From Cyanophora paradoxa CCMP329 (taxonomy: Eukaryota > Plantae > Glaucophyta), in the NCBI GenBank assembly GCA_004431415.1, contig QPMI01000068.1, positions 1 through 64,000 of the forward strand: a DNA stretch of 64,000 nt. The letters run 5' to 3'. This document shows positions 24,401-35,030 of the stretch, piece after piece. The translations under genes and the position numbers were made by a program. The notes under the pieces are model-generated. The model worked only from the letters and a program-made list of their open reading frames with translations. It was not told the DNA's origin and did not search any database. Position 1 is the first letter of the stretch; every line of letters starts with the position of its first letter.

Positions 24401-25476
24401 GCATCGTCGAGCGCCTTCGACACCACCACCGCATCGATGCGCGCCGCGTGCCAGAGTGCATCCTTCGGCAGATTCGCGGGGGCTTCCTCTTCTGCGTGTT
24501 CCGTTCCTTCTGACTCGACGGCGCCGGCAGGCTGCGGCGGGTCTGCCTCGGCCGCCGGGCCCTGCTTCGCACCGTGCGGTGTGCGGTGCGTAACCTCGCG
24601 CGCCGAGCGCCAGGTCCCATTATCATGATCGTGGGAGTGCTGAAGCGCTGTATCGCGCAGGTCCCATGAATCTGTGAACGTGTTCCACCATTTCCTCTCC
24701 GCCGTCCTGCTCGGGACCATGGTCCCGTTGCGGATCCGCGACAGTTCGGGGATCGCTACGGAGTTCCAGTCGCCCAGCAGTATCAGGTGCGCGTGCTGCC
24801 GAGCGCTGAAGTCGCCGTGCATCTTTGTCAGCTCCTCGACGATCTTCTCCTGATCCTGGCGGTGCGCAGCCTTGCTCACGGTCGCGGGCATGTACACGCT
24901 TGCCACGAATAGCTGGATGTTCCCTTGGAACCGGAGCTCGAAGCCGATCAGCCGGCCCGGCACTTCGTACTTCTTCGTCAGGTGCTTGACCCACTGCGGC
25001 GCCACCCAGAGCGCCGCGCCGCTTCCCCGCGTTCCATCGCCTGACTTCAGCGTGTACAGCAGCTTCCCGTGCGTGATTGCGCCTTCCGGCTGGAGCGGGT
25101 CCTCCCCATCCGATCGAAGTGCGGCTGCCATCTGGGGCCTAGTCATCGACAGCTCTTGCGCTCCCGCAATATCCACGTCCCAGCGCCGGCAGAATTCTTC
25201 CATTTGCTGCAGTTTGGCAGCGTTCGACCCTCTCGTGTTGAAGGTCATCGCTCTTAAGACACCGTTCGCTTTTGTTTTAGATATTGTTGGCGCCGCCCCT
25301 ATGTGGTCCCCATCCTCCGGGAAATCCACTGTCGGAAAAATATCTTTAAGCCGGAGTTTCATGTTTGTCTCGAGCTCATTGGTGCCGGCGGCTGCCGCCC
25401 GCTTCGTCTTCTCTAGTTTGGCCTGGTTACTTTTTTCTTTCTTCTTCATTTTGGTGTTAGCTTTGGGCCTGGACAT
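18496..25476 (-). CDS. LINE ORF2: AP endonuclease, reverse transcriptase, Cys/His insert, RNase H, CCHC Zn finger
   Basis: APE: TFNTRG, AQE, GDWN, RID, SDHFPV; RT: LRPITL, YGFRPG, DIRRAYDSV, GLPQG, YADD; RNase H: WTDGS, NKAELQA, TDSQ, KVKAH..NNRADAAAK; CVLC...ETLEHMLTC. Confidence 0.97.
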   Translation of the reverse strand: MSRPKANTKMKKKEKSNQAKLEKTKRAAAAGTNELETNMKLRLKDIFPTVDFPEDGDHIGAAPTISKTKANGVLRAMTFNTRGSNAAKLQQMEEFCRRWDVDIAGAQELSMTRPQMAAALRSDGEDPLQPEGAITHGKLLYTLKSGDGTRGSGAALWVAPQWVKHLTKKYEVPGRLIGFELRFQGNIQLFVASVYMPATVSKAAHRQDQEKIVEELTKMHGDFSARQHAHLILLGDWNSVAIPELSRIRNGTMVPSRTAERKWWNTFTDSWDLRDTALQHSHDHDNGTWRSAREVTHRTPHGAKQGPAAEADPPQPAGAVESEGTEHAEEEAPANLPKDALWHAARIDAVVVSKALDDALLSVHACPTWVDAPHDSDHFPVLADFDLERAGLIAPVGPMLTPKPGPPVFDPDGLKRTLKHKDELKRELNKKLGEALGSDLESVGQGTPEERLDRLARIHAASAALVQEVAKEHLFMRRRGGKPTKPRNLPWQAKVDSKVARILAAWNKEPNGVPSEQTILAVEKLQNYVTDKEGLRPFPLRPAERRARAQGSWPQSQGQDGTSNSQSSSGSRSPPPAAGGTPTSSPPSQSSPPPSPNSTSTSNADVDVEVDNDWAAARRRQLKEDWATFFRELKTWQNRTRHDLQRIRRALQAGEIEKALKSRLDNFMDGRRLGSYIASVLEKPRNRPIMHITRVSGDGKTYEIYNEPAEVKRLLKEHWRSWCKRRQPRVGGTVETLPQSVLKDSAGRALLDFWRLEYEPKDYVDPAKYERDMAEPSEHELGEYIKTLGNTAAGPSNFSYAMVKFLWAEVPKKKEEGEGKGAGGAAPARPEQEDGGPDGAAEGEPVHWGRKLLLSLVAEAIRLRDMPDAVCQGNILGITKQGEWDGDIDNNLRPITLQEVALKLTTGLLNARLSRTIHENGFLRGANYGFRPGCSTDDALHVFNAVLEDAKQYKKPVYVLLQDIRRAYDSVSWESMELSMRRLRVPEGYIELHRNIFRRRRTRAISGHGLSDEFELECGLPQGGVESPLHWLIFYDALLCAQERLDQHERERGKKVAKTMEHYAHPETAEEPGTAYVMGNPRETDAAERAGRARVSGVAYADDTKWMSGSLRGLQAQADVAGEFFRLHDIEVNAKKTIFTWNNARRETESKPGAHPAAKKKEKRPSPPKINGTPVGLVRQPHEHFKLLGVHMSANLNWDRQWQYICDQARGAVALIERKKLTANEACYLVEAVVQARIAYGLKLMTLSEGQCQELDRIWLRVVKHHANLAASTTNYVIWSHGGYSLKRTEHLQAEAQIAEAQIRLCAPEGSLLAQAVRHRVRALQEDLGVPLLPTEFLNAPVSSGLARGNSLAAIMPQMQRRKYRLVSNHARYAAFRTMPGTTPWPDPERLDRRYVVATHIPSSIFGVAAPALYKAGAVTMDAVTAADGETVRTWRDLQTQAPKDTLQQSEPAWWRELVGALTVDGKKLRHPMRRAGTRASAMASLPGGARKVKWTPGTFVAVFEAEALHDEAALPYVGRVVRGRAPEGSIVAFEYLLEHWVPIPSGADPEADGSEPGLYCRCDGHCRHEKVKGRPETYTAVPGSGKMYWHHDERCKHPIPARCPEMSQCDGPWTNGEGWWEEEDTLLSLGGEPETYLVAGESRETKSRRGRKGAAGRMTLEYYDPGLNEDERRQQLLRQARVKAVQDEDPRFLREELSPEAEEDLRVALDAAAAAAPSTEPRDEARPVSKSAERRDLYYTGGGPKTWTRDLQHGGTENFYWQHLLEVWPKAETEQLARYAETEGKLNIWTDGSLGAGQTADARAGFGIVIPARAPDVAPLNPEGEESTLYGRLRGLQEINKAELQAAIVADVLAPTGLRLHTDSQNVCTWYKQFVQNAHHKHARDYVRHPCSAELYAWSRFRAILAKREHSREIELVKVKAHGTDEMNNRADAAAKLARELDQPEIDEGIFLPPEFSMPAVLTIEGSDGTARRVEGDPRRHAAVLHAHHTHFAWSNQAQAGQWLREPVDHGAVYDQMAMGPRRVGVSRESNCYRGTHVKLVLGTVATALVRKRDAPELYSEVNPNGLCVLCGTRQQDIAGRPRLVAGTEETLEHMLTCLSAVAVEARAAAEASISAVVSGALAKPLQRSLPQALCNSLKVTRVNEPTLTPLERRTQICVLRGLPPAGLTDMVRETIPDEKLAAKVTRKLTTAIGEQAHKTWAARCKAYAEWEKECGITKVMKERRAKRRRTEARVREAAGESDQSAAGPSRQRRGQPTKERCTERCAACHALMSRHRGGGENLEYASLNCPPEDYGWAAAAEAMQLYDHTNRYDWGVGTARTRPR

Positions 25477-25599
25477 CCTAGTTGTTTCTTGCAGTGCTCT
25501 AGCCAAAATTGATCATCTGGTGATTGGTTTATGAAACAAACAAAGTAAACGATGCACGGCCAGAACAAAAGAGGAAATGAAGGAGCTGTTGCTCTAGTT

Positions 25600-28500
25600 C
25601 TAGTCCTGGCTGTGGGCTGGGCGCTTGGCCGCTCGCGGCCGCGGGATGCTGTCGACCTCCGGTCCCTGGTCACGGGCGGCCTGAAGGTAAGATCGGGCAG
25701 GGCGGCTCCGGCCCCCGTGGGGCCTGGCAGCGGGGCGCGCTGAGGATTCTGCCGGGAGGGAGCGGACTCCCATGCTTGCTGCAAGGGCTGCGTCGGCGGC
25801 CTGCTGCTGTGCGCTCTCCGCCGCCCGCTTCTTGCAGTCCGCCTCCCGCTTCTCCTGCTTCTGGGCGCGGGCGGCTGCCCGCTCACGTTCCCGGGCTGCG
25901 TGCTCCTCCTGCTCCGCTGCGGACGCTGCGTCCCGCCGTGTGTCCACCTCGCGCCTTGCGGCCTCGAAGGCGTTCTCCGCCTTGTCGGCCGCTTGCTTCC
26001 TGTGCAGCGGGGCGCACTGCATGTCGCGCTGCTTGTGGCTGCCTGGCAGGTCGACCGATCGGTGGACGAGGGTGTAGCCACGCTCGGCGAGGATGCGCGC
26101 CACTTTCCGCGCGTAATCCGATGGCGCTGCGCACTTGGTGCACGGGAATAGGCTCTGTTGGCAGACGTTAGCTTTTGACGGCAGAGGCTCGCGTTTCTAA
26201 GCCGCGTACCTCGTACGGCACGGCCGCCAGCGTGCCAAGCTGTTGATACGCGCCCGGTCGAGACACAGCGTTCATTGGCGTCGGCTGGCTCCGCGGCGCT
26301 GACGGGTAGGGGTCGAAGGGGCTTGGGAGAGGTGCCGCTCTCCAGATCCCGCCGAGGAGGCCCTCCAGCGCAGCCTGCGCGTCCTTCTGCTCGAGGACGA
26401 CGTGGAAGTAGTTGAGTCTGCGCCACTCCTTGGAGGTAAACATCGGGTCGGGGGCCTTTGCCGCTCGTGCTTCGGCCACCGATTTCTCGTTGATGAAGCT
26501 GTTCTCCACTTTCGACATCCAGATGACCCGGGCCTGCACCCGCCGTCAGCCATATCCCAGCGAGCAGCAAACAAGCGGTTTCTAGCGTCAGGCATACCGC
26601 TCCCAGGTCCTTGAGGCGGCTGCCGAAGCTCGGCTCCGGGCGTCCTGTGAGCACGCTCGGCTCCGGGTCTGGGGTCCCTGTTAGCATGAAGTTCGGCTCC
26701 GCGTGGAAGACCGTGAAGGCGTTGGCCGGCGTAGGCTCCGGTGGAGCCACCGCGCCGCGTACAATGCGAACGATCGCGCTGCGCTCCTTCCAGAGGAAGA
26801 TCTCCTTTGTGAGAAGCTCGAGCACTTGCTCCGTGCACGGTACGACGCAGATCAGCTGCCAGGTTGTTAGCTGTGGAGTGAGTCGGGGGCCACGCGGTTT
26901 CAGACACGGTCGCACCCGGTAGTGGTTGCCTTGAGCGAGCATTGACCGTTTCGGCATGTACTTGGCGCAGCGCTCGTGCACCAAGACCGGATTCACGTCT
27001 AGGACTGCTTGTAAACGTTTAACACTCTTGAGGGCCTGCTCTGTGCTCAGTCGCCGCTGCGTGAGATCGGCGACGCGTTCACGCACGATTTCGACTTGTT
27101 GCTCGACGAACTTGGTGGCAGCTTCGACGTCGACGTCCATGGGCACGTCGATCAGCTGGATGCAGTTCGGCTTGTGCTGGCTGATGCCGTCACGGAAGGG
27201 CTCTCGGAAGACAGCCCGACGCTGTCCCTTCGCGCCCCGACCGACGAAGTCTGGGCGGCCGTTCACGTCCCGACTGACGAAGGGCAGCCGGATGAGCTTG
27301 AGCTGATCCTCCTTAGATGTCATAGCAATCTGCACAGTGCGGGTGGACGCGAAGGTGGACGTAGTGGCTGAGCCTGCGATGGGAAGAATCCCGCAGGATT
27401 CGCACACGTCCATGATCCACTTCTTGGCCTCCATCGGGCCAGCGGGCCTGTTGCCTGTGATCATCTCGATGTCGTCGACTGAGAACTCCGCCACGAAGGA
27501 CGATGAGGTCACCGCCGGTCCAGTGAAGGACTTGAGCGCGCTCACTGCTGTGGTGGCTGGCCCTGCGCCAGGCGCCTTCAGCGGATGTCTGAGCGCATAC
27601 GTCTTTGTATTTAGAGCCTGCGCACCTTGCTGTGGTCCCAGTTGATGCTCGCTTGGCCCGCTCTCGCGGAGGCCAGCCAGGGCCGCGTTCAGCCCCGACG
27701 GGCCCGCTGTGTCAGCGTCAGCGCGGTTTTCCTTCCGGCGTGAAAGCAGATTTTGCTCACCTTTCGGTGCCGTGGAGTCGTTCGCTGGTGCTGCGGGTGT
27801 GGCAGGCTTCCGCGGTATCGGAGTGCTTGCGATGAGCGCGGTGAGATGATCTACAGCATCTGGCGCTGCTGTTGGGCGCCGTGAAGAGCCAGGTGTGAGC
27901 TTCGCGTCTGCGATCCGCGCCCACGCGTTCGCATCTGCCTCCTTGAGGCCGAAGTGCTCCCAGCAGGCCTTGCTCATTGCATAGAAGTCTGTTGCCTTGA
28001 CCTGTTCTTCCGACAGGTCGGCTAGGTTCATGAACTGGCGGACAGTCAGTGCTGGATGTGCCGCAGCCGTGACCTTGCGCATGCGAGCAGTTTCGCGCAC
28101 CGGCTCGCTATTCGCGAGGGCGAAGAAGATGACCTCCGGCGGCGCGGCGAGCGGTACCTGCCCTTCCGTCGCCGGAAGGCAGCACAGGGGCGCCATCTTG
28201 TCGATGAACTCGCGGGCGACTGCCGGCAGGCTGGTAAAGAGAGAGCGGGGCGTCTCCGGCGGGGGGCTGGCCGGCGCGGGCAACGAGTTGAGCTGCTGCC
28301 ATTCTGCTGCGCATTGCTTTCGGAGACGCTTGATACCTGCTTCGCTGAGGTAGCGAGCATTGGAGTCGTGCTCGCCTCCAAGCTGCACATCACCGAGACT
28401 GGAGTCGCCTTCGCAGTCGACCGCTGCCGCGGCCGCTGCTGGTTCCTCATGATCACGCTCACAATCGTTCCGCTTCGGGGTTCTCTGCGCGAACAGGGCA

Positions 28501-28919
28501 GCGTACGCGTCCGAGGTCAGAAATTGATCTCGATGGATTCGACAGGAATGATCTGGGCAGAGCCTGCCACAATCGGGGGAGCATAGGATCGAGGGATTCG
28601 AGGCACTGGCTTGAATTTTGGCGAAATTGCAGGACACGAAATGTGTTCTTAACGGATGATGGGCCCGCCGGGCTCCCAAAGGCATCAACCGGCCGAAGCC
28701 GCAGGCACCACCGACCATTAAGGCCGTAAGGATCATTGCAATTGACAGGGCCATGAACACCGCGCTCCATTTTAAAGTTGGCGCGAAGGAGGATTCAAAT
28801 TTTTCTATCGCTCCGGCGCGCCGTGCGGCGGACACGCACGCTTCCGGAGGTCTAGTAATTATTGGGGAGGTTCCGAGCGCGGCGGCGCTCGTGAGAGAGG
28901 CGGAGCGGGGACTGTTCAT
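25600..28919 (-). CDS. LINE ORF1 (apparent frameshifts near 26540 and 26170)
   Basis: Long ORF upstream of ORF2 on the same strand inside the TSD-defined element; best protein-like reading passes from the 25446..29108 frame to the 26168..26539 and 25600..26103 frames. Confidence 0.7.
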
Positions 28920-29090
28920 ACCTTCGTCATCGCTTTGGGACCTGGGTGGCCGAACAGCTAGCCCTAGTGCTCCTAATACTATTCCCGCGGGTTTCCCGCG
29001 GCGGCGGTCGCCTGAGGGCTCAGGAAGGGCTTCCGACGGATCGAGCTGAAATTCCCGGGGATACCGGAATGCTCTCCTGATTTCTATTGG

Positions 29091-32000
29091 GCAAAGCAAC
29101 CCTCGCAATGGAGACTATCAATTCGTTAAGGTTTTCACGAATGATGCGCCCAATGGATCAGACATCAAGTATCCAGAGGTGATGACAATCGAGGAGATTA
29201 TTGTCAGCGATAACAAAACAGTATACCCTTTGAATGAACGAGTTCTGCGAGATGGTCAGGCTCCAAAAATCGTTTCTCGTTTCGTGAAATACACCCTCAA
29301 TGGTCAGGCCAAATGTGTAATGGATCAAATATGTCCCGATGATTCACTGGCCATCAAAGATTGCTTGATCGAAGCATTACACCAGGTTCTCTGCAAAGGG
29401 TTTGAGTATGCCCGCAGCATCAAGAAGTATAAGAAGGTCAACTACTCCAAAGACTGGCTCTTTGCTCAGATCAAGGGATATGAACCTAAGCCTGATTCCG
29501 ATTGGGGAGTGAGTTTTGATGAGCTTCTTCCTTTCTTGAAAAAGTGGCGCATCAGGTTCATTGCAATTGGAAAGGATGACAAGGTTATTCATACTCTTTC
29601 CTTCAAACCGAATCGAACCAACTCTCACTTAGTTCCCGCAAGTGTTTATGTGCAGATTGCAAACGACCACGTTTATGTATTAAATAAGGATCTCAGTAAA
29701 CTGGTTCGTTCTTTCAATGGAACTGGCGCCCGTGAAACCAAGAAGAGTATGGGTTCAGCAGCCATGAAATACAAGATCAAAACACAGTTCAACGATAACA
29801 GCTTCTTTGCTTACAGCGAGGAGGATATCATCAAGATCATTGCCAGAGAGAAAGATAGCAATTCCGAAAAAATTAAGATCACATACAACAAGCCGTTACT
29901 TGAGTTGTTGGGAAGCTTCCGAAAGGCTAATCACGAGGTTCACACTTCCATTACTGATGAGGGAAAAATAACATACATTCACTACACAATAGAGGATAAA
30001 GATGTAATTATCCTTCCACCAGGCAACATGGTGGATATGGAAAATATTGATGTGAACCTTGCAGATGATGCCCATCGCAAGTTGTTTGATGAGATGAGTC
30101 AGATGATGTATAGGGCGCTTATCAACAAACCCTACAAAAGCAAATATAATCCAGAAATATATGCAGCATTTACTAAAGGGCAACAGAGTGCATTGACTGG
30201 GTTCTTTGGATCTGCCTCTGAGGTCCGAACAATGGTAGAGAACATTGCCTATGGATCCATTGATACTCACAAGCTTGACATTTCCAAAGCTTACACACAC
30301 ATCGTTTCGAAAGTGCTTAAGGTGTTTCCAGTTTTCAGTTCATTTGATAAATTCGAAAAAGTCAAAGTGTCTTGCAGCTCGGACATCGAAGACAATTCGT
30401 TCTATTCCGTGAAAGTGAAAGCCAAACACTTCAAAGCATTCAGAAATTATGGTGAGGCGAATACCTTGAATCAATACAAGAGGCTTCTCGTCGATTCAAA
30501 GTATAACCTGATGTATGGCGAGGTTTTGAAAGAGTTTTACGAGGATATTAAGGATGACATCAGCATTGAGGCAGTTCTAAGACCTTATCGGATTGCCGAG
30601 AATGTCACCTTGCAGGCTTTCAAGCAGTTGTATGCAAGTCAGCTTTCGACCAAGGAGAAGAAAGACATTGCCAACCATCACATTGGTCTATTTGGTAAGA
30701 AGTCCCAGCGAAAAGCAACCACCTACACCTTTTTCAATAAAAATGATGCTCTGAATTTCATTGAAGAGAATGGAGGGACCCTGAAGTTTATAAGTTTCGA
30801 TCAAGAGAAGCCAACACACACATCAGTTAAGAATGAGAAGGACATTAAATCGCCCATGATTTGGTATGTGAACCAGGAAGAACAAGAACGGGCTTTCATT
30901 GATGGTTTCCTGCCAATGCAGTGCGTGATTTACTCCACCATGCGAGGCATCATGTATCGCCTATGCAAGAAATTGCTCTCTGAGGGAGTGGGAGTCCTTG
31001 CAATCAAGACCGATGAGTTGACAATTGATAGACCATATCCATTTGAGCAGTTTGACCGAAACCTATTCGAGAACACTGGAAAGTTTGATGTGAAGCCAGC
31101 AAACATGAACTCAATTACCCATAGTAAGAGGACTTCGAGGAAACCAAAGAGCCACATGATCACATTTGATCGACTCAAAACTCGCTCCAAACCTTTCATC
31201 AATGTTGAAAAGATTGTTCACAAGGTTCACAAGTTCCAGGATGAGTATGACCTCCCAGCAATTGTTAATGCTTTGGATGGGCAAGGTAATGTGCTGATTA
31301 AAGGAGTGAAACCGGGAACTGGTAAGACTACTTTGGCAAAGGCAATGGCCAAGAAGTATGGTAAGAAATGCTTGTTTGTTGCGCCTACTAATAAGAGATG
31401 CAAGGATTTGCGAATGGAACTAAAAGCAGAGTGGGCCAAGATGCTCCCGAGGTGATGACTATTTATCGAGCCTTGAATTTGAATGTTGATGATGAGAGAA
31501 TGAAGGGAAATGTAGGGAAGAAGGTATCGGAATTATCGAAGTACGATTGCTTTGTTATTGATGAGATCTACCAGTTTGAGATTAGGGAATTGGAATCTCT
31601 GTGCGATGTGATGACTGTGCAGTTCCCAGACAAACTCTACATCGCAACAGGCGACCCCTACCAGAACCCACCCATCCAATTCATAACAGTCAATCAACGA
31701 GATTACTACAACAAGATCTTCGATAGACTATTCAAGAATGAGGTTTACCTGCAGGTTGGAAAGCGTCATAAACTGGCTGCAGATCAGAAGAAATTAGACC
31801 AGTTATGGGAGGACTTATTCAGGACTGAACTACCAGTTTCTATTGCTGCCAGACGATTGGGCTTGAAAGTAGTTGATACATTGGAGAAGGGTGATATCTC
31901 AGTATGCAATTCAAACCGCAAGTGTGCAGAGGTGAACAACAAAATGCATAAAATGATTCATGGAGAGGATCCTGTATATAAGACAGGTGTGGAGCTGATT

Positions 32001-32596
32001 GCAAAGGTGCGAATGACAACAAGTGAGGGCATCATTCAGCGGGGCTTTGTTTACGAAGTGGTCGAATACAAAGCCAAGGAAATTCTCACTCTCAAAGACA
32101 TTGATTCGGGTGAAGTGCATACTCTAAAAAGCGAAGATATCAAGTATTTCGCATTGACCCATGCTTTCACCTGTCACATCATTCAGGGTGACACAATCAG
32201 GGATTCTCGTGTTGTAATTCACGAGACTGGGTCCCCATATGTTACTGCTGAGTGGTTCTATGTTGCAGCCACTCGAACCCAGAAACTCTCGGATACCGTG
32301 ATTTTCGTTGATAAATCCGAGGCGGCTACAATGGTGAAAACGAAGGAGGATCAAGCTCAGAAAATCGATTCCTACAAATCCCAGGACAAACAAGCCAATC
32401 GGGAGTTCTCCTTGGCAGAGTATGTTGATTGGGACTGGTTCAAAAAGCAGTATGGGAAGCAATTGGGCGATGCAGAAGGTGCTTTGATATTATGGATTTC
32501 GAAGAAGCTACTGTCGATCGGGAGAACAATGCTATCGCTCACATTTCTCGAAACTGTTTCTTGTCACATTGTAGGTGTAACTGTTCAGCCCAGTAA
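29091..32596 (+). pseudogene. PLV-A vOTU-PolB palm-SF1 helicase-HNH fusion, C-terminal part (frameshifts near 31430 and 32465)
   Basis: DCLIEAL/NDHVY; DISKAY, KKDIANHHIG, KTDE; GVKPGTGKT, VIDEI, TGDPYQNPP, TCHIIQGDT, YVAATR; in the shifted frame CRRC...VDRENN..H..NC..HCRCN. Confidence 0.88.
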
Positions 32597-33652
32597 TGGA
32601 GAATATTCTATCATACAAAAAATACAAACAGAAGCTCATTAGTGAAGGGAAGGAATTTGATGAGGCGGAACTGAGAAACAAGTATAAGAATTCCGAACTG
32701 CATCAAATTTTCAAGAAGCCTAGGAAAAAGACTACGTTTTTAAGAATAGTTGCCCAGCCATACTCATTTCAGGTTGATGTCATGTTTTTCAGAAAGTTTA
32801 AGACAGCAAATTATGGATATATTAAAGCGCTTAGTTTCATTGACATTCTAAGTAGAAAGGCATTTGTGTATGCTTTCAAGACCAGCGAAGAGATTCCGGG
32901 AATACTTAATAAATTCAAGGGCGAAGCAGGTAAGGTTGTAGGATTGGCAGGGATAATGAGTTTTCCAGTGCGGTTTATCGAACTTGGTGCAGTGAAAATG
33001 GTGTCGAATTGTATACAGATGTTGCGAAAGAAGATCACATTTCTGCTGGGAATAAACTTGGATAATCGATCGATTCACTCGAACCTTCAAACAATACATG
33101 AACAAACTCATGGTCTCGAGGAATACTTCGAAGTGGGTCGAATTAATCCCAGATGTGCTAAAGGCTTACAATAACTCGCCTCATTCATCACTGAACAATG
33201 ATTCCCCAAACCAAGTGTTTGCAAGTCCACAGAAGCAAATGTTTATTTTCCTAAAAACCACCAAGCATAACATGGATGTTAAAGAGAATCAACCCGATAA
33301 AATCAAACCAGGAGATACTGTAAGAGTTTTAGAGGAGAGAGGTGCATTCTCAAAGGAAGGCCCCAGGTTTAGTCAGAAGATTTACAAAGTAGCTGGGAAA
33401 GATGCTAATCGATTCAAGGTGCTTGAAGATAATGGAGATGATGCAGAGGAATTAAAGAGACGTTTTAAGCAACAAGAGTTACAGAAAGTGAAACGAGATG
33501 AGATAATGAAAATTCCACAGCAAATGAGGATTCAAGCTGTAAAGAAAACAAACACAGTGAATCGAAAAGTTGCAAAAGAGGGAATCAAACCAAATCGCAG
33601 CAAAGTTGTTAGAAAAAGGTATCAATTAAGAAGCGGATTAACTAAAAGGTAG
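32596..33652 (+). pseudogene. PLV-A rve/DDE integrase (frameshifted)
   Basis: FQVDVMF, IDILSRK, GDNEF (shifted frame), YNNSPHSSL, GDTVRV; close homolog of 55052-56113. Confidence 0.9.
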
Positions 33653-33843
33653 TTGGGTGTAATGCATATAACTTCGATTGATTAGATTTTAGATATAACT
33701 TCGATTAAATAAAATAGATTGTGACTGAGGCTTACTGAGATTTACTGAGATTGGGGATTGGGTTACTGGGAATCATGCGGATATTGCTTGAAGGGGCAAA
33801 TTATATTGGGGTAATTTTTGGGTGTAATGCTCACAGCTCAGCT
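33653..33843. repeat. PLV-A terminal (TIR-like) region
   Basis: actgaggcttactgagatttactga...ttgggttactgggaat and atataacttcgatt match 54716-54800 in reverse complement; ttgggtgtaatgc repeated. Confidence 0.8.
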
Positions 33844-33891
33844 CTCATGCGCACCGCAGAGAGCTCGAGCAGACCCCACTCGAGGTCCGCT

Positions 33892-35030
33892 TCATCCATG
33901 TCCATCTCGAGATCCCCGTCCTCCGCTTCCACCTGCGAGTCCACGGCCAACGAGCCCGGGGTTTAGCTGCGCGTGCGCGCGCGCGCAGCACGGCAGCGCG
34001 GCGAGCTCGAGCTCGAGAAGGTCCCACACTTGAACAGCTTCGTCGAGGCGCGAGTAGTCGTACATCTGCCTGAAGACGCAAGCCCCGCGGGTGCTGACTC
34101 TCCAGTCGGAGGGCGGCAGCCAGGCCTTGGCCTCCATGACGCGCTGTTGATAATTGCGGGCAAGCTTATAGTTGGCATTACGCGAATTCATAAACATGTG
34201 AAGCCCACGCCTCACGAAAATACACTCCATGCCCAGATATCCAAGCTTTTTCGCAGCTGCGCGCAGGGCAGGGGCATAAGCAGGGATCGCGAGCCGCTTG
34301 CGGCTGCGAACGCAAGCACAGCGCACGCTTCGACATTATCCGACTCGAAGCTGAATCTGCCGTCGCGGCAAGCCACCGATCGCGAGTCGTCGTAGCACTC
34401 GTACACGGTCTTCGTTGTCGAGCGGGGGGTGCAGCCAAGCTCCTTCCCGAGCCATGTCTGCTTTGACATAGAGACGCTCTTTGCCTTCTGGATGATCCAT
34501 TCGGCTTTGCTGAGGTTTCTGCCGAACGCCGCCGGATCGTAGAAATATTTTTTTTAATTGCGATTGCAGGCCTTCTCGATGGCAGCGTACAGCCTGTCGC
34601 GGTCCGTGCCGTCGCTGCGGTGCTCGAAGAGCTGGTCGTATGTGTCGAAGTCTTTGTCGCGCGCAATGCCGACTGCAAGATCGATGAGAGTTCTTGCTTC
34701 GTTGTCCGAAAGGCTGTGGACTTTCAGCCCGTTCGCCCAGTTCTTTTCCTGTTTCGAATTCAGCGGCCGTTTTTCCGATTTAATCAAGCAACGGCGCGCT
34801 GTCTAGCAGGGGAAGTTACCGCTTCAATGTAGGCGTTCGAGTTTCGGTCGTTGTTCTGCATGGCGAGAAGGGCATTCTGCATGCTGGGAGCCATGGGCCA
34901 CATCCAGTACGGGCTCTGCATTGCCCCAGATACATCCTGCGGAAAATAGTGCACATTCTTGTTGAGAAGCGCCAAGATCTTGGTCTCCTTCACATCTCGT
35001 TCATAATTCGTCAAAGCCGAACAGTTGTCA
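33892..35030 (-). pseudogene. Degenerate ORF of unknown function, broken by stops and frameshifts
   Basis: Consecutive minus-strand ORFs (34784, 34554, 34212, 33892) read as one protein-like sequence. Confidence 0.35.

Larger units (their letters stand above)
18037..29074 (-). mobile_element. Full-length non-LTR retrotransposon (LINE), 11,038 bp, two ORFs
   Basis: 16-bp TSD tcctgatttctattgg at 18021-18036 and 29075-29090; ORF1 plus APE-RT-RNase H ORF2. Confidence 0.95.
17747..33843 (+). mobile_element. PLV-A: degraded Polinton-like virus fragment, left part lost, split by a LINE
   Basis: AT-rich; PolB-helicase then integrase then a terminal region homologous to the PLV-D terminus; ends in ...AGCT (33838 or 33843). 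Confidence 0.85.

Noticed and set aside
28920-29074. HDV-like or hammerhead ribozyme in the LINE leader
   Set aside because: Hairpins are present but I could not place the catalytic core motifs
25446-29108. 1220-aa ORF as a single real protein
   Set aside because: Starts outside the TSD-defined LINE, and its last third appears out of frame
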